Of a stretch of 64,000 bases of DNA, positions 52,044 through 64,000 are shown piece after piece (the stretch's first letter is position 1; each line of letters begins with the position of its first letter). Position numbers and translations under genes: made by a program. Where the stretch lies: NCBI GenBank assembly GCA_036172245.1, contig JAYWIR010000019.1, forward strand, positions 372,001-436,000, written 5' to 3'. Below the pieces are notes generated by a model. The model had not been told where the DNA came from. It did not search any database and worked only from the letters and a program-made list of their open reading frames with translations. This DNA is from Raillietiella orientalis (taxonomy: Eukaryota).

Positions 52044-52870
52044 TTTTCATTTGTGCCACATGACATTCCTCCCCACCGGCTGACCTGCTTGCTGTAATTG
52101 CTGTATGCTAAGCTTTGAGGTTGGGCCCATCGTAGGTGTTCAAGATAGGTAGAACCATCGAATTAGTGCATCGAATGATTTGTGAAAGTGCATCAACAGA
52201 AAGGAAGGTGGCAAGGAAATTTCGTTGGTCATAAATGGCGTGCGTGTACCCGAGGCGAGGAGATGTTTGCAAGTGAAGAGACCCCAGCACATTATGCAAA
52301 GAGATTTTCACCAAATGATACGTTTGGATCGATACAGTAGGATCAAAAAGAAAGGTCCAAGCAATGGCATCATCGTCTTCAATTCACATTACCTTTTGCA
52401 TGTTTTAAAGATAGCAGCTAACTGGCTCATTTTTAACTTGTTAGTCGTTCAGTGCCAAAAGCAAGCCTATATATAGGGAAAAAAGTTCAAGAAGAAAAAA
52501 AAAAAAGAGGAGAGAAAACTATAAATATACAGCGTTCCTAATAATGCCAGCGTTGCAGTAGGCCTACACAATCTTAATACCAGATGAAGTGCATAATATC
52601 AGTCCCAAATTTCTTCAGATTTTCAGAAAGTTTAGGTTGTATCGATTAAATACGAGAATTATTCAGTGAAAAGACAGGCTAACTGTTTTATTGGGGCAGG
52701 TAACACACCAGCACTGCCTTGAAAAAAAAAAAAATTAATCTATGTTTGGCCAAGTGGGAGCATTTTTAAGTATGCAAATGTGAATGCTATAATCACTTAA
52801 TTGTGTGACCAGGTTGTGTGGAAGCTTTTTTTGTGTTTTTTAGATTATTAACTTCAACTTTATTTTAGAT

Positions 52871-55800
52871 ATGGAAACCAGTCCCTTAGATGTGATTTAT
52901 CTTACCGGATTTGGGCCATTTGGGCCATATGAAATCAATCCGAGCTGGGAGATTGTTAAATTAGCATCAGAGAAATATGAAACATTTCTCCAAGGTGATG
53001 ATATATCCTCTTGGATTTGGTTAGAGAAGCTAGGCAAACTTGAGTGTACACCAACTATGGTAACTGAAGAGTTGCCAGTGTTGTATCAGCCAGTTAAACA
53101 AAGCATTCAAGAAAAGTGTTTGTTACACAAACCAAAGGTATTGGTGAATAGATTTTACGTTTTTCTATCAGTTAAACCTTTATGTATATCATTAGAATTT
53201 CCATTTTTCCACCTTAAAGTATCTACTTGTTTATTTGTAATGAATGTGTTTCAGATACTTTAAATTTTACTTATTCTAGCTTTACTTATTAAGCTTATTG
53301 TCCAAGCCATGAATTGATAGGATCATTTGTTTGAACTCTATGTATGTACTATTTCTTACATTTTGTGTAATCATGGATTAACCATCCCAAGTGCAAATCT
53401 TTGTTCACTAAACTGTAACATAAAAGTAGTGGTCTGTGCACTGCACAACTCAACTAAAGAGGCAAGGAATCGTACATGATGTTTGTAAACTGTTTCCAGT
53501 CATTCAGTTTGAATATGGACAAACATCACCAGTATGATCCTTAAAAGCTATTTTGCATTGATAGCTTCTAAATAATTATACAGCAACATTTAATTCAGCC
53601 ACACATGATGCAGTTGAACTAACTGTGAATGAGATCATACTGGTTTTTGTACCCAATTCATTCTCTTTGCTAGAAAAAAAATTTGGAAATGATTTATGAT
53701 TTAAGACACACAGTGCTTGTAAGAAATAAAAGAACAATTATGGATGTGCACTTGGAGTGAATCTTATGATGCCTAAATTTTTTTTGAAAGTGCTACTTCC
53801 AAATAAATAAAGTTCAGATCTCATGTGTTACAGACATGATAAGGAGTGATCGCTGGCATGCATTTGGGTATTATCAGTTGTTGAATCCTTTTAGTAAGGA
53901 TCATTTTCGTTTTCAAATCGTCAAATGTATGTGCACTAGGCAAAAGAACGTGTCGGAAATCCCTGTGAAGATGTGATAATATTCAAAGATTCTTTAATGT
54001 TTTCTATGTGGCATCGAGTACGATATAACTCGAGTAATCCCTATTGGAGAAGGGCTTCAGCTCTCCTGGTCGAAATAGTCGTTATCGTTTTGTTTCCCGC
54101 ATCTCCTCGGATGCATTTTCTAGAAACAGGTGCCCATTTTATTTTTCATGTAAAAATTTGTCTAACTTGCTGCACGTTGTTTCCAAAATGTTTGATGTTC
54201 CTCGGATTGGTGTCTCCACAGCTAACTGTCGTTGCACCTAATTGTGTGCGGTCCCATTGGGCTTCGACCTCTTGTCACTCGGGTTGAAGAATCGGTTTTC
54301 CAGTCCAATTCCCTCGCGTGCTTGGACCTTTCTTTTGTTTTTCTTCTTAGAAAACAGGCGCGTTGCCTCTATTTGATTGAAGCTGCAAATGCTAGTGGAA
54401 GTGTCCTCAAGGACGGGTCCCCAGTGTTTCCACTAGAATTTCAGAATGTATGGAGACTCCGGAAGGGCTTGCCGCCTGCGTGACCTCGAATGTGTGGAAC
54501 TCCCGAAGGAGCAAAGAGTTTTGAGTTTTCGGCGTGCCAAACCAGGTTGGCCGAGAAGAGTAAACCTTTCGTTGTCGCTCCCGGTCCCGAATGCAGTGTG
54601 TGAGAGCTGACCAGCAAGCTTGGTCTGTGCAACCGGCTCAGTCGGGGTCGGTTCAGCTTGCGCGCGCACCCGAGCTCACCGCCTTCTGCAGCGACTTGGG
54701 TTGCACGGAAGGAGAGGTGGGGTCGGACCGCGTAACGGATGAGATCTTGGCGATTGCCTCAGGTTCCAGAGGATCACCGATACCACTCTGCTATCTGAAA
54801 TCTCATTCCCCTTCCCCGGCACGTAAACATTCCGATTTAACGAATGGGGAAAAAAGCAAAACCTTTTCAAAACTTCTTGGAGTCGATTTCGTTTTTTCCC
54901 ATTATGTGTAAAGTAAGGAATTTTGCTTGTCCGTCGGTAATCGAACTGGAATTTAACCTTCTCCATGACGCGTTTCGTGTTTCGGAGGTGGTTAAAATAT
55001 TCTGGAGGAGTTTCTGTGGCAGCTGGAGGTTTGAATCATCAGTATTGGTGCGAAATTTCTTCGATGGTTCGTGATCCACAAATGAGGCTATACTGGGATT
55101 GGTGATATTTGTGGCATTGTGAAGCCCCCCCCCATCCTTTTTCCCCATGTAAATTTGTTCCGTGAAAAGTGGCTATGCAGTATTGCATTTGTCTTTGTTG
55201 TTTATCACCCGGGTGCGCCGGGGCGTTTATTAAAAAACTATCCGGGAACAGAGTTCCTGGACAAAGGAAAAACAAGAGACGAAGGATGTGGGATCCCCGA
55301 CACGCAGGTCGGTATGCCGAAAGTCCGGAACGGGAGGGAGGGGACCACAAATACACCACTATAAAAAATAAAAATAAAACTATGGAGGGCAGGGGACAGG
55401 GGTCTTTGGTTCGGCCGTTCCTTCCTTTCAGAACCGGCGATGGATGCCGGCGATCTCTCTCCTCACGCTCTCTGGTAGGTGGGCCCACTCGGCAGCCGAC
55501 GACATGCTCGCGCTGGCTAATCCGGTGGGCTGACGAAGGATGGCCAGCTTCTCCAACTCTCGGTGGGCCTTGTGGATGGCGCGGGTGCAACACACGGTTG
55601 CAACGACAGCACCTAAAGACAGGCCGCCTGGCGTGAAGAAGCGGCGCATCAAGTCTCTCGCGGTGTCCCCCTGGTGCAAGAGAGCTGAGGCCAGCCTCCG
55701 CCAAAGTCCTAGGAGGGCACCGCAGTCCAGGAGCAGGTGCGGGAGCGTTTCCACTTCCCCGCACCGCTTGCAGTTTGGGGAGACAACTTCCCCGGAAACA

Positions 55801-57751
55801 CGGTTCGTCCTCTGGTTGAGTGTCTTTGTCTTTGTTGTTGTGGTTGTTTGCGGCCACGAACCAATATGAGGAGTCCCAAGTTCCTTATGTTTCGGAATGC
55901 TCCAATTTAGAAAAAGGGGTGGGGGTGGGGGGGAGGCATGACCGCCTGGGCATTTTTTTGATCAGTGCAACAACGTTGAAGAAAGCTTGAAGTGGGTCCG
56001 TTTCGGTGAGGGCGTCGTGAGTTTTCTCATCAGCAGTGATCCGTGTTACGATGTGATTTCGGATGGTTTTCCCAAGAGAGTTGTGAAAATAGCACAAGTG
56101 CTGCTCGCAAACTCCGAAACCTCAGCTTTTTCGGTGATTATAAAATGGAAACGATGAAATCAGTGCAGGCCGAGGGTAGGAACGACTTTTGTGCGGTGGT
56201 GGTTAAAAGCTTTGCGTAGTAGAGTAGTGTCATGGAGTTCATCAAATCGAAGGTGGAGCTCTCGAAAAAGCGAAGGCAAGGCACCGGCTCACAGCAGTTC
56301 TTACAGACAAGAACAGTGTTGCATTAGGTGTTGTGGTCTACGCCGTCTTAACGTAATTTTAATATGCACGAGTGAAATGTGTTTGCTTGCTCCGTGCCAC
56401 ACGCCAGGATGGCATAAGGCGAGGCTCTCCAGTTCACCACGCCTGTTGCTGTTTGTGCGCATCCTCTACTCCGGGGGTGATGAGGATGCAACTGCCGTTG
56501 CAGTTCCCGCGGTGTGCGTGTGCCGCACTCCCAGGCAGAAAGGTCTGTGACTTCATCTTGACGCAGAGACGGCGAAAAATCGAAGTCGAATCCGTAGCTC
56601 CTTACCGTGGGCGGGAGCAGATGTTCGTCTTCGAGGTGGCTGCGATTTCCAGGCGAGGAGAAAATGGGGAACTTTTCGAAAGGAGCGATTGAATGTTGAT
56701 GAAACCATAGGATCACCAAGTAGAGCTCCATGTTTGTGAGCCGCGGAGAACGACAAATGTTGGCAAAAGGGGGGGGGGGGGATTCAAGTTCATTTGTTTT
56801 CCCGTTTGCTAGCAATTTTTTTAGGTGAATCGTTCTAAAAGTGATGACGACGGAAAAGTGATTCGTCTTGTATAATCTCCGGTCATTTATCACCATGGCC
56901 AGTGCTAGGAAGAAACTTGATGATGGGGACGTCGTTTTTGAAGTTTTCAGATGGTGAAAGTGTTTATGGGACCAAATTTCCTGGAAGTTTCCTGACATTT
57001 CAGAATTAAAAAAAAAAAAATTTCTTCTTCTTCTTGTTTTGTGCATGAAAGGAAGGAAGGAAGTCTGGGTTGTTTATTGTGCGATTCTTTCGTCTGGGAT
57101 GAGGAATGATACATCCAACTTTACGTAATGGTTCTCGAAATCTGAAATGGGGAACGGGGTTCCTGTGAGGTATGATGAGAGAGCAGGATTGAGAGTTTCG
57201 GCAGTCTCTGCCTGTTGAAACAGTCGCCGTCAATGCCATTTTCGCCGTTTTCCTCGGACTGTTTTTCTTTTTCTTTTTCTTTTTTTTTCAAGCTGGTATC
57301 TTTTGTTTTTTTCCCCCAGGTTGCGATCCATGTGGGCGTGTCAGGAATGACGGACTGTTTTCTGATAGAGACTTGCGCTCGCCGACGTCGCTATCGCGAT
57401 CCCGACATGGAAAACTGCTTCCCTCCACAGGACGAATTCATCAAGAGAAGAAAGTGCGTCAGGACCGATTTGGATTGCGAGCACATAAGGTCGAGGGCAC
57501 AGGAGCTGGCGAAGAGCTCTTTCGGGATCGAGTTGTCCCGCAACGCCGGAAGGTAACGCTCTGCTGATCTGCGGCCGAAACAACGTCGTTTCCTGTTCAG
57601 GTACTTGTGCGAGTACGCATATTACCAGTCCCTAATGTTCAATACCGGGAGGAGCCTTTTCGTCCACTGCCCCGAGCTCACGGAGAACCGCGAGGAAGGG
57701 GCGGCTACCTTGCTGGCCATCGTGTTGGCATCTCTGGAGCTGAAAGCTTAG
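52871..57751 (+). CDS. PGPEP1: Pyroglutamyl-peptidase I (peptidase C15); exons 52871-53137, 57320-57552, 57601-57751 (216 aa)
   Basis: Motifs LTGFGPF..NPSWEIVK, ELPVLY, HVGVS, IETCA (catalytic Glu), SRNAGRYLCEYAYYQSL (Cys) and LFVHCP (His). Introns 53138-57319 (phase 0) and 57553-57600 (phase 2) are GT-AG and in frame. Confidence 0.93.
54257..54417. repeat. ~160 bp dispersed direct repeat, copy 2 (PGPEP1 intron 1)
   Basis: Same-orientation diverged copy of 51891-52043. Confidence 0.85.
55203..55824 (-). mobile_element. 5'-truncated non-LTR retrotransposon (same family) in PGPEP1 intron 1
   Basis: The minus strand encodes SPNCKRCGEVETLPHLLLDC..LWRRLASAL. A perfect 15-bp target-site duplication tttgtctttgttgtt lies at 55188-55202 and 55825-55839. 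The 3' UTR and end resemble the 37.5-kb copy. Confidence 0.85.
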
Positions 57752-60150
57752 CGGAGAGTCCCCAGTGCTGTACAGAAGCTTGTACGTATTCGTTTTCCAT
57801 GCATGTCGCGTCTTTTTCCTTCCCACCTATGCCCGGCTCCGAAATTTCTGCTCGAGTTCGAAATTTTTCAAGTTTTCGGAATTTCGCGCCGGAAGACGTA
57901 AAACCGAAATCGGCCGCTGGGTGTAAGTCTTCGTCGGAACGGAGCAGCAGCAGAGGCTCTGGGAACGCTCGGGGTGAGAAGCGCGGTACAGAGAGGTCTT
58001 GCCCCCCACCCGGTCCTGTGCTGCAAACGGGAACGCGGTTGCACTGCGCGCACGCGCGGGGCGACTGCTTGCCCGCTGTCGTGTTGGTGCCTGATCGGCC
58101 TGATCTCTCGCCGAAGCGCTGGCCTGCAGCGGCGCGAGGGCTGCTTAATAGAAAACCAAGCTGAAACTTACCTATCTTCGCGCGTCCTCTCTTGGTCTCC
58201 GCCGGAAGAGCAACCCTTTTCCCAAAACGAGATGTGGAAAAGAGTTCGGTTGTGCGGCCCGAGCGATCACGGAGAGGGAGAGGGGTGCATCGGCAACCTC
58301 TCGATCAACAGCCACGACAGTCGCGCGCTCCCGAAAGTTTTCCTCCCGCGCACCCACTTGGGGGAGACGCTGGGAACGCCCGCCCGGCTGGCGTCGGCAG
58401 GGGCACCAAAATGCGGGGGGGAGCCTGTCCGAGAAGTCGCAGCGGCACGTGCAACGTGCCCTCCGGCGGGAGTGACGTCTGTTCCGCCCCACTGCCTGCC
58501 TCTTGAGCCAGATCGCACCCCAGTTATTCTCGGCGACGATGAATCACGGAAGCTGATGGGCATGCGAACTTAAAGCACTTGAAGGAACGAGGCTCGGCAC
58601 GGAACCCTTAGAAAACGGAATAAACAAATAAATCGCGAATGCGCTTAAAAGTGGACGGGAAGGTGCCTGGATGTCGGAAAGAAGCAAACCGTGGTGGTTG
58701 TCTGGGGAAGAGCAGCAGACTATGGTTTACGTGTTTGCTCTTCGTGACCTTTGTGTTTCCTGCATTCCACCAGGTGCTGGGCATTCTCGGAGCACCAGGA
58801 CTCGGGGCTGCTTACCGCCACGTCGCAGCAAGTTCTCGAGCGAAGCTGCTAGCCGGCCCCTACCCGCCTCCTCGGAGAAAGCCTCGCTCCTGCGAAGAGG
58901 CGAAACGAAGCCTCCGATCCCGAAGCTCGCAAACGGGGCGACACCCGGGCGGGAAGAGTTCGTGGGCGCAAGCTCTCTCCTTCGACGTGTTTTTTTTTTT
59001 TTTTTTTTTTCCCGGGAGCGCAGCGGCACGCTGCAGCTTCCTGTCGGCCCGTCGCAAAGGCGGAAGGCACCCAGGGAACCGACTGGGAGAGCTCTTTTGG
59101 CGGTCGAATGCGGTCCTTTCTGTTGTCGCGGTGATGCGAAAATGTGCGCGGTGCCCTCGACCGGACTGATTGAATGGGATGACTCTGGACTCTCAACCGA
59201 AAACTATTGTGAAGCAGGTAGGTCGCTTTACCGACCTGGAAAACGAACGACTGCATGTTGCCCGTTACCAGTGTCACTTTTGTCATCACAGTCATCAGTG
59301 TTGCATAAAACATTACGAAATATAGTTTGGAAAACTTGACAGTTGCGTCTTGTTTTTCCTTTTATTTCGTTTTCCTTTCTTTCTTTTTTCCTTTAAAAAA
59401 AAAAAAACTTCACAAACAGCTGAAAGATCGGAGGTGATTCATGGATTTTTTTTTCGCCACTGACAAAGTATCCTCAATGGTTTCAGCCTTTGCTGCAAAT
59501 TACTCCTGAAAGACCATCCAATTATTTTCCGTGATGGTCAGGCGTACAGCCGCTAATGGAAGCTGCAAGATAGTGCACAAAACACCTGTCTGGAAATCGC
59601 GCGGTGATCGATCCATGGGCATGAACTGGAACATCGAATCCTCGGCTCCGATTTCGAAACCGCTTTGTCTGGCAAAGAGCTGCAGACCGGCGGCGTGCAA
59701 CGGAGCAACTCGTTCTTGTCACGCTTCGTGATTGGGCGCTTGCCTTCCGGAATCCATAGTCTTCGTGTTCCGGAGGCGTGGGCCGCAATGGTACATCCTG
59801 TGCTGTCGGTCGAACGGCTCGAGCTTTCCATCTTCTGTCCGTTTTTAGGATTTCCAGGATGCTGACCGATCGCCTGTAGCAACACGGTTGCTGTCCTGGA
59901 CACCCCCGCCCTTTCGCGAGAGGCGTTTCAAGTGAACAGGCGCTCGTTGCACCGATTAAGCCAGCCACTCACGGAACGAGGCAGCTGCTTTTTTTGCTTT
60001 TATGCAACACGCCGAAGTCAGGAAGCAGTCTTCTAACACCCAAGAGTACTGTTCTCGCAAATCGCTTCCCGACTCAGCGTATCCACTAAAACTACCCCCA
60101 TGCTCCACGACAGTGAAGCCCACAAAACAGTTACCCTATCCACAGACGGA

Positions 60151-60750
60151 GCCCGTGTTGGCGGCTTGTATGGCTGCGGTTTCCGCGCCGGTGCCAAGCG
60201 TCGCGGGTTCGAACCCCGCCGCTCGAGAAGGATCGTCTCCGGGAACGGGAGGTGCGTCGTGGGTTTACGAGTCCTCCCCCCCCTCCCCCTCTAGATGAGG
60301 CTGGTTGGCCTATTCGGGTGCGGCACTGCTGGAACCCCGGATGCTCCCCTTGACTGGCCGGGATCGAAAGAGTCGACCGCTCTGGGGTCTTTCCAGATCA
60401 AGTAGCGCCAGTTCCCTTCTGGGATCTCCTCCAGTTGTGAAAAAGGGAGCCGTCCCTCCATCGGGTACCACGGAGCTGGTTGCCTTTCCAGGGAGCGCGC
60501 TGCTTGCTCCCTTTGGGGCGCGCCCTTCAGAGAAATCGGGAAGCATTCCTTTGGGGTTCTCTTCAGAGGTGGAAACCGGGAGCGATTCCCTTGCGGGAGA
60601 AAGAAATTTCAGGAGCGGATCCTTTCCGAGTTTTCTTCAGAGACGACCGGGACAAGGGTTCCCTTCAAGGTTCTCTTTCAAGAGTAAGAGAACGGACTCG
60701 GAAACCCTTCGGAACCTTTCCTGAATTCATAGGGTGATCCACTCCTGGGG
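60151..60750 (+). mobile_element. tRNA-headed SINE-like element, copy 2
   Basis: Starts gcccgtgttggcggc, with B-box ggttcgaaccc at 60206-60216. Collinear similarity to 3090-3630. Confidence 0.6.
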
Positions 60751-60939
60751 TACTCTATAACTTGGAGAGTTATGCGCACCCCCAGGCGGCGCGGAACAGC
60801 GTTGGAGAGCTTCTTGAGCCCCTAGGCAAACGGTTCTGGAGTACTTGGCGATCCACGGATAGGGCGCAGGAACTACCAGGTGGGTCGCGGGAGCAAAGCC
60901 AGCATCCTCGCGTTTCGTGTAACATCCACAACCCCATCT

Positions 60940-61135
60940 TCGGGAGTTGGTTGAGATGCGCTGTTTTTCTTGATGAATGCAATAAATGCCAAGGTTTTCT
61001 TGACAGTCAATGGTGTTCTATGATCTGGTAAGGTCCGTCACCACGAAATCGCATGCACATGCAGGTCATCGCGATCTCCATGACAATCATCTACCGATTC
61101 ATTTCCGGTAAGCAATAAATCCCCCTCCTCGGGAA
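60940..61135 (-). mobile_element. Ty3/gypsy integrase C-terminal (GPY/F) relic
   Basis: EEGDLLL...W/DGPYQIIE..RKTAHLNQL across one frameshift and a stop. Confidence 0.4.
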
Positions 61136-61726
61136 GGAAAAAAAAAAAAAAAAAGGCAGACATCACACCCGCCTGCTCTGCAACCGACTCGGATTCTCCA
61201 TCCGAGGAATCACAAGGCGGACGATTAACTCCCCTCAGACACGCATCACAACTTACACCGTCCCCGCCGTGGAAAACACGAACCACCTGCACCTCCGAGC
61301 TCAAGCCACTATTCTCGTGGAAGCGGGCAAGATCATCTGAGCCACAGTGACACACCACACCAACAGATCCATACCTCCTATTTCACACTCTTCCATTTTA
61401 TTAGTAGCTCATACGCACTCCTACTTGAATAAATAACAAATAAATATAAACTACCGATTCACTGGTGATTCTCCGACCGCTCGGATGAACTACCCACATG
61501 CCTGCCATTAACTTCGAAATACGCACATGACCCACTTGATGTCTTCACATCAGCTTATCAAAATTCTTGGCAAGCGATTTCAAGACACCCCTTATAGGGT
61601 GCATGAATCCTATTTTTACCCCGTTCGGACTCTCAGGGGCTAATGTCAGATAACCTACCCTCAGAAGTGCCATCATCACTCCAAACAACCTTCGTAACAT
61701 CATCGAAGCATTTTAATATCTTTCTC

Positions 61727-62720
61727 TTGACCCTCTACAGTCCGATTTTTTTTTTACGGCTATAAAAAAATTATGTAACGTGAAATTAACAAATACCAAC
61801 CTCTAAATACAAATTAATGATGAATTCAGTAGTTTAAGTGATTTTTATTCTAACGAGTATGCTTTGCAACTTTGGGGCGACAACGGCGTAGAACGTTCGC
61901 ACTTTTGCGTATAAAAGCTTTAAGTGTGAAATTTCATAAAACAACCCGTAAATGGACATAAAACACAACAACCAAAGAATCGTTCCATCTCATTAGATGA
62001 AACACCTATGGGTTTTGCTGGATCCACGTTGCAGTGCATATGTATTGGTACAGTTAACTATATTGCTTAAAATTTCGTCATGAAATAATTTTCGGAAATG
62101 GGTCATAGGAGAGTAGGGTGCTTCAGTATCTTCAAGACAATTTCCTTTTCAAAGAAGATGAAGGCTGTTTTTTCGGACGGGATACTGACTGCCAAGAAAT
62201 TTTTTTTGGAATTTCAAATTTTCATCATCTGATGATGATTCATCACTACATTCATCGTCGCTATCAGTAATATTTATATGCCGTCGGGTAAGCTCTGTCG
62301 GCTGATCTTCGTCCGAGTCGGATTCTAATAAAGAATCCACGGATCTATTACTGCTAATGCTTCTTCTTATTCTTACTACTCTTTGATTTTTATATGCTCT
62401 GGTATTCAAATTTTAGGCCTCCAGTATATAAAACTAAAAAAAACATGAAAACATAGGCCTTGTCTGAAACACACCGAATTCTGCCGTCACAGCTCATTGC
62501 GACTTGAAAGTCACAAAGCTGTATCATGTGAAAGTTATAACAAAATGGCTGTTTCAATGCAGACAAATAAGAGATTCCTGATACACAGACTGAAGGAACA
62601 AAAAATAACACCTGAACAGAATTGTTCATACAACTGTTATCTGCAGACAACTCGCAAAAGCATTCACCTCGATACCTCGGGTTAGAGTTGGCATCCGTCA
62701 CCGGGACTGTTGTTGGTTAC
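61727..62720 (-). mobile_element. Internally deleted piggyBac-like DNA transposon
   Basis: An acidic N-terminus (LESDSDED..DSDDECSDESSSDDENL) is followed, across frameshifts, by SPMTHFRKLFHDEILSNIVNCTNTYALQ/VDPAKPIGVSSNEMERFFG, typical of PGBD transposases. This runs straight into CFMKFHT* (stop 61920-61922). Candidate imperfect TIRs: ttga|ccctctacagtccg and cgggactgttgttgg|ttac. Confidence 0.75.
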
Positions 62721-63534
62721 CAAGGAAACGTTATACGACGAGATGTGTATATGCTACCTTGCGGTCAGAAATGAAATACATCAATAAGATATCGATGTAT
62801 TAGTATGTGACTTCAAAGTCACGTACGGGCCTAATAATTGAAAACTATTTCGACTTCCCAATCATTTTGTCATTAGGAATAATCGGAAAGTCATCAGAAA
62901 GGTCAGCCATTTTTTTTTAAAAAAAAAAAAAAAAAGAAAGGTGAAGAAACCGACCTGGACGTACTCTGGTCTAAGCTCGAACTGCAGAGTTTTTTTCGAC
63001 CGTTATTGCAAACCCCGAAGATACCGTCGTATCCGACACCGAGGTCGCAATCTCCCACATCCATCCGAGCTCGGCTGGGAATTCCTCTCACATCCCTTAG
63101 GTAGGGCTTTTTTTTTTTTTTCTTCTTAATTTCAGAATCACATTCCTTTCTGTGCGATTCACGCACGCATGAAGAGCCATTCCTCATCACGCACCCCAGA
63201 CGGCATTTCCTGACGATTTGCGCTCCTCCGGCAGCTGCGCTCCGTTCGGGAGGGTCTCCTTGTCCTTTAAACTGTAGATTTTCCACTGCATGACATTTAG
63301 CACCACGAAACAATACGGCCCTACTCAATACGATCTTTCATCCGTGCCAGCAATTAAACAGCCAGCCCGTATGCCGCGTCAGCACGCTCCATATGCCTCG
63401 GCTGTTTCACAATCACCAGGCGGACCCAACCTCACATGACTTGCAAGAGAACGTCTTCGAGTAAACTTTCGCCCGATCGCCTGCCCCGCTTCCTCCGACG
63501 CAACACTTCCAGTGCCCACTCCCACCCATCCGTG

Positions 63535-63536
<2 letters not shown>

Positions 63537-63586
<50 letters not shown>
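63537..63586. repeat. (TG)25 microsatellite
   Basis: Perfect TG run seen directly. Confidence 0.97.
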
Positions 63587-63588
<2 letters not shown>

Positions 63589-64000
63589 GTTTTTCCCTCA
63601 TGTTTCTTTCTCTATTAATTGCACTCTGGCGACCTGAAGATCAACCTGAGCTTTTAGTACCGATCCTGTTTTGGTTGCCACACATTCGCTTAGAAAATCA
63701 CTTCCTTATCGGTTAGCAGCCGGAAATATCAATTTGTGAGCTTATCATTTGAGCTGAATACGACCTGAGAGTACCAGGCTGCACACCGCGTCAATCCCAT
63801 CTATCCGTCAACATCCAAGTGTTAAATATTCATTTCCATTTAGTTCCTCTCCGGGGCAAAAGATATGTAGCACTTCGTCTCTGTTTACCACTTCTTTTCC
63901 AACACTGCCGGCTTTCAGTAGCAAATCAGTTTGTTCCTTCCTAATCGATCGCCCACGATGATCCATACAGCAGGACCCTCTTGCCTCGACACCCGCGTGC

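Noticed and set aside
4494..57751. Functional gene cluster (TIPE lipid binding, myotubularin, Insc polarity)
   Set aside because: The thematic link through phosphoinositides and polarity is only suggestive. Animal gene neighbours are usually unrelated, and there is no evidence here of co-regulation or conserved synteny.

Overview
Eukaryotic genomic DNA from an invertebrate animal, probably an arthropod, with spliceosomal GT-AG introns, many only 40-58 nt long. Four host genes can be spliced by hand into intact frames: a TNFAIP8/TIPE-family gene (+, 4494-5929), an inscuteable homolog (+, core 31479-33390, probable first coding exon 27365-28083), a catalytically dead MTMR10/11/12-type myotubularin (-, 41885-39459) and pyroglutamyl-peptidase I (+, 52871-57751). 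The rest is largely transposon debris: a family of Tx1/L1-like non-LTR fragments (two with clear 15-16 bp target-site duplications and no poly(A) tail), a tRNA-headed SINE-like family, an internally deleted piggyBac, probable gypsy and hAT relics, a ~210 bp inverted-repeat pair and small tandem repeats. Most short ORFs in the track are GC-rich noise. I found no CRISPR array, rRNA or intact tRNA, and no well-supported new multi-gene system. The best leads are the tail-less LINE family, a possible decayed spliced gene interrupted by one of those LINEs, and the sharp CpG/GC mosaicism. All family assignments rest on motif recognition by eye, not database searches.
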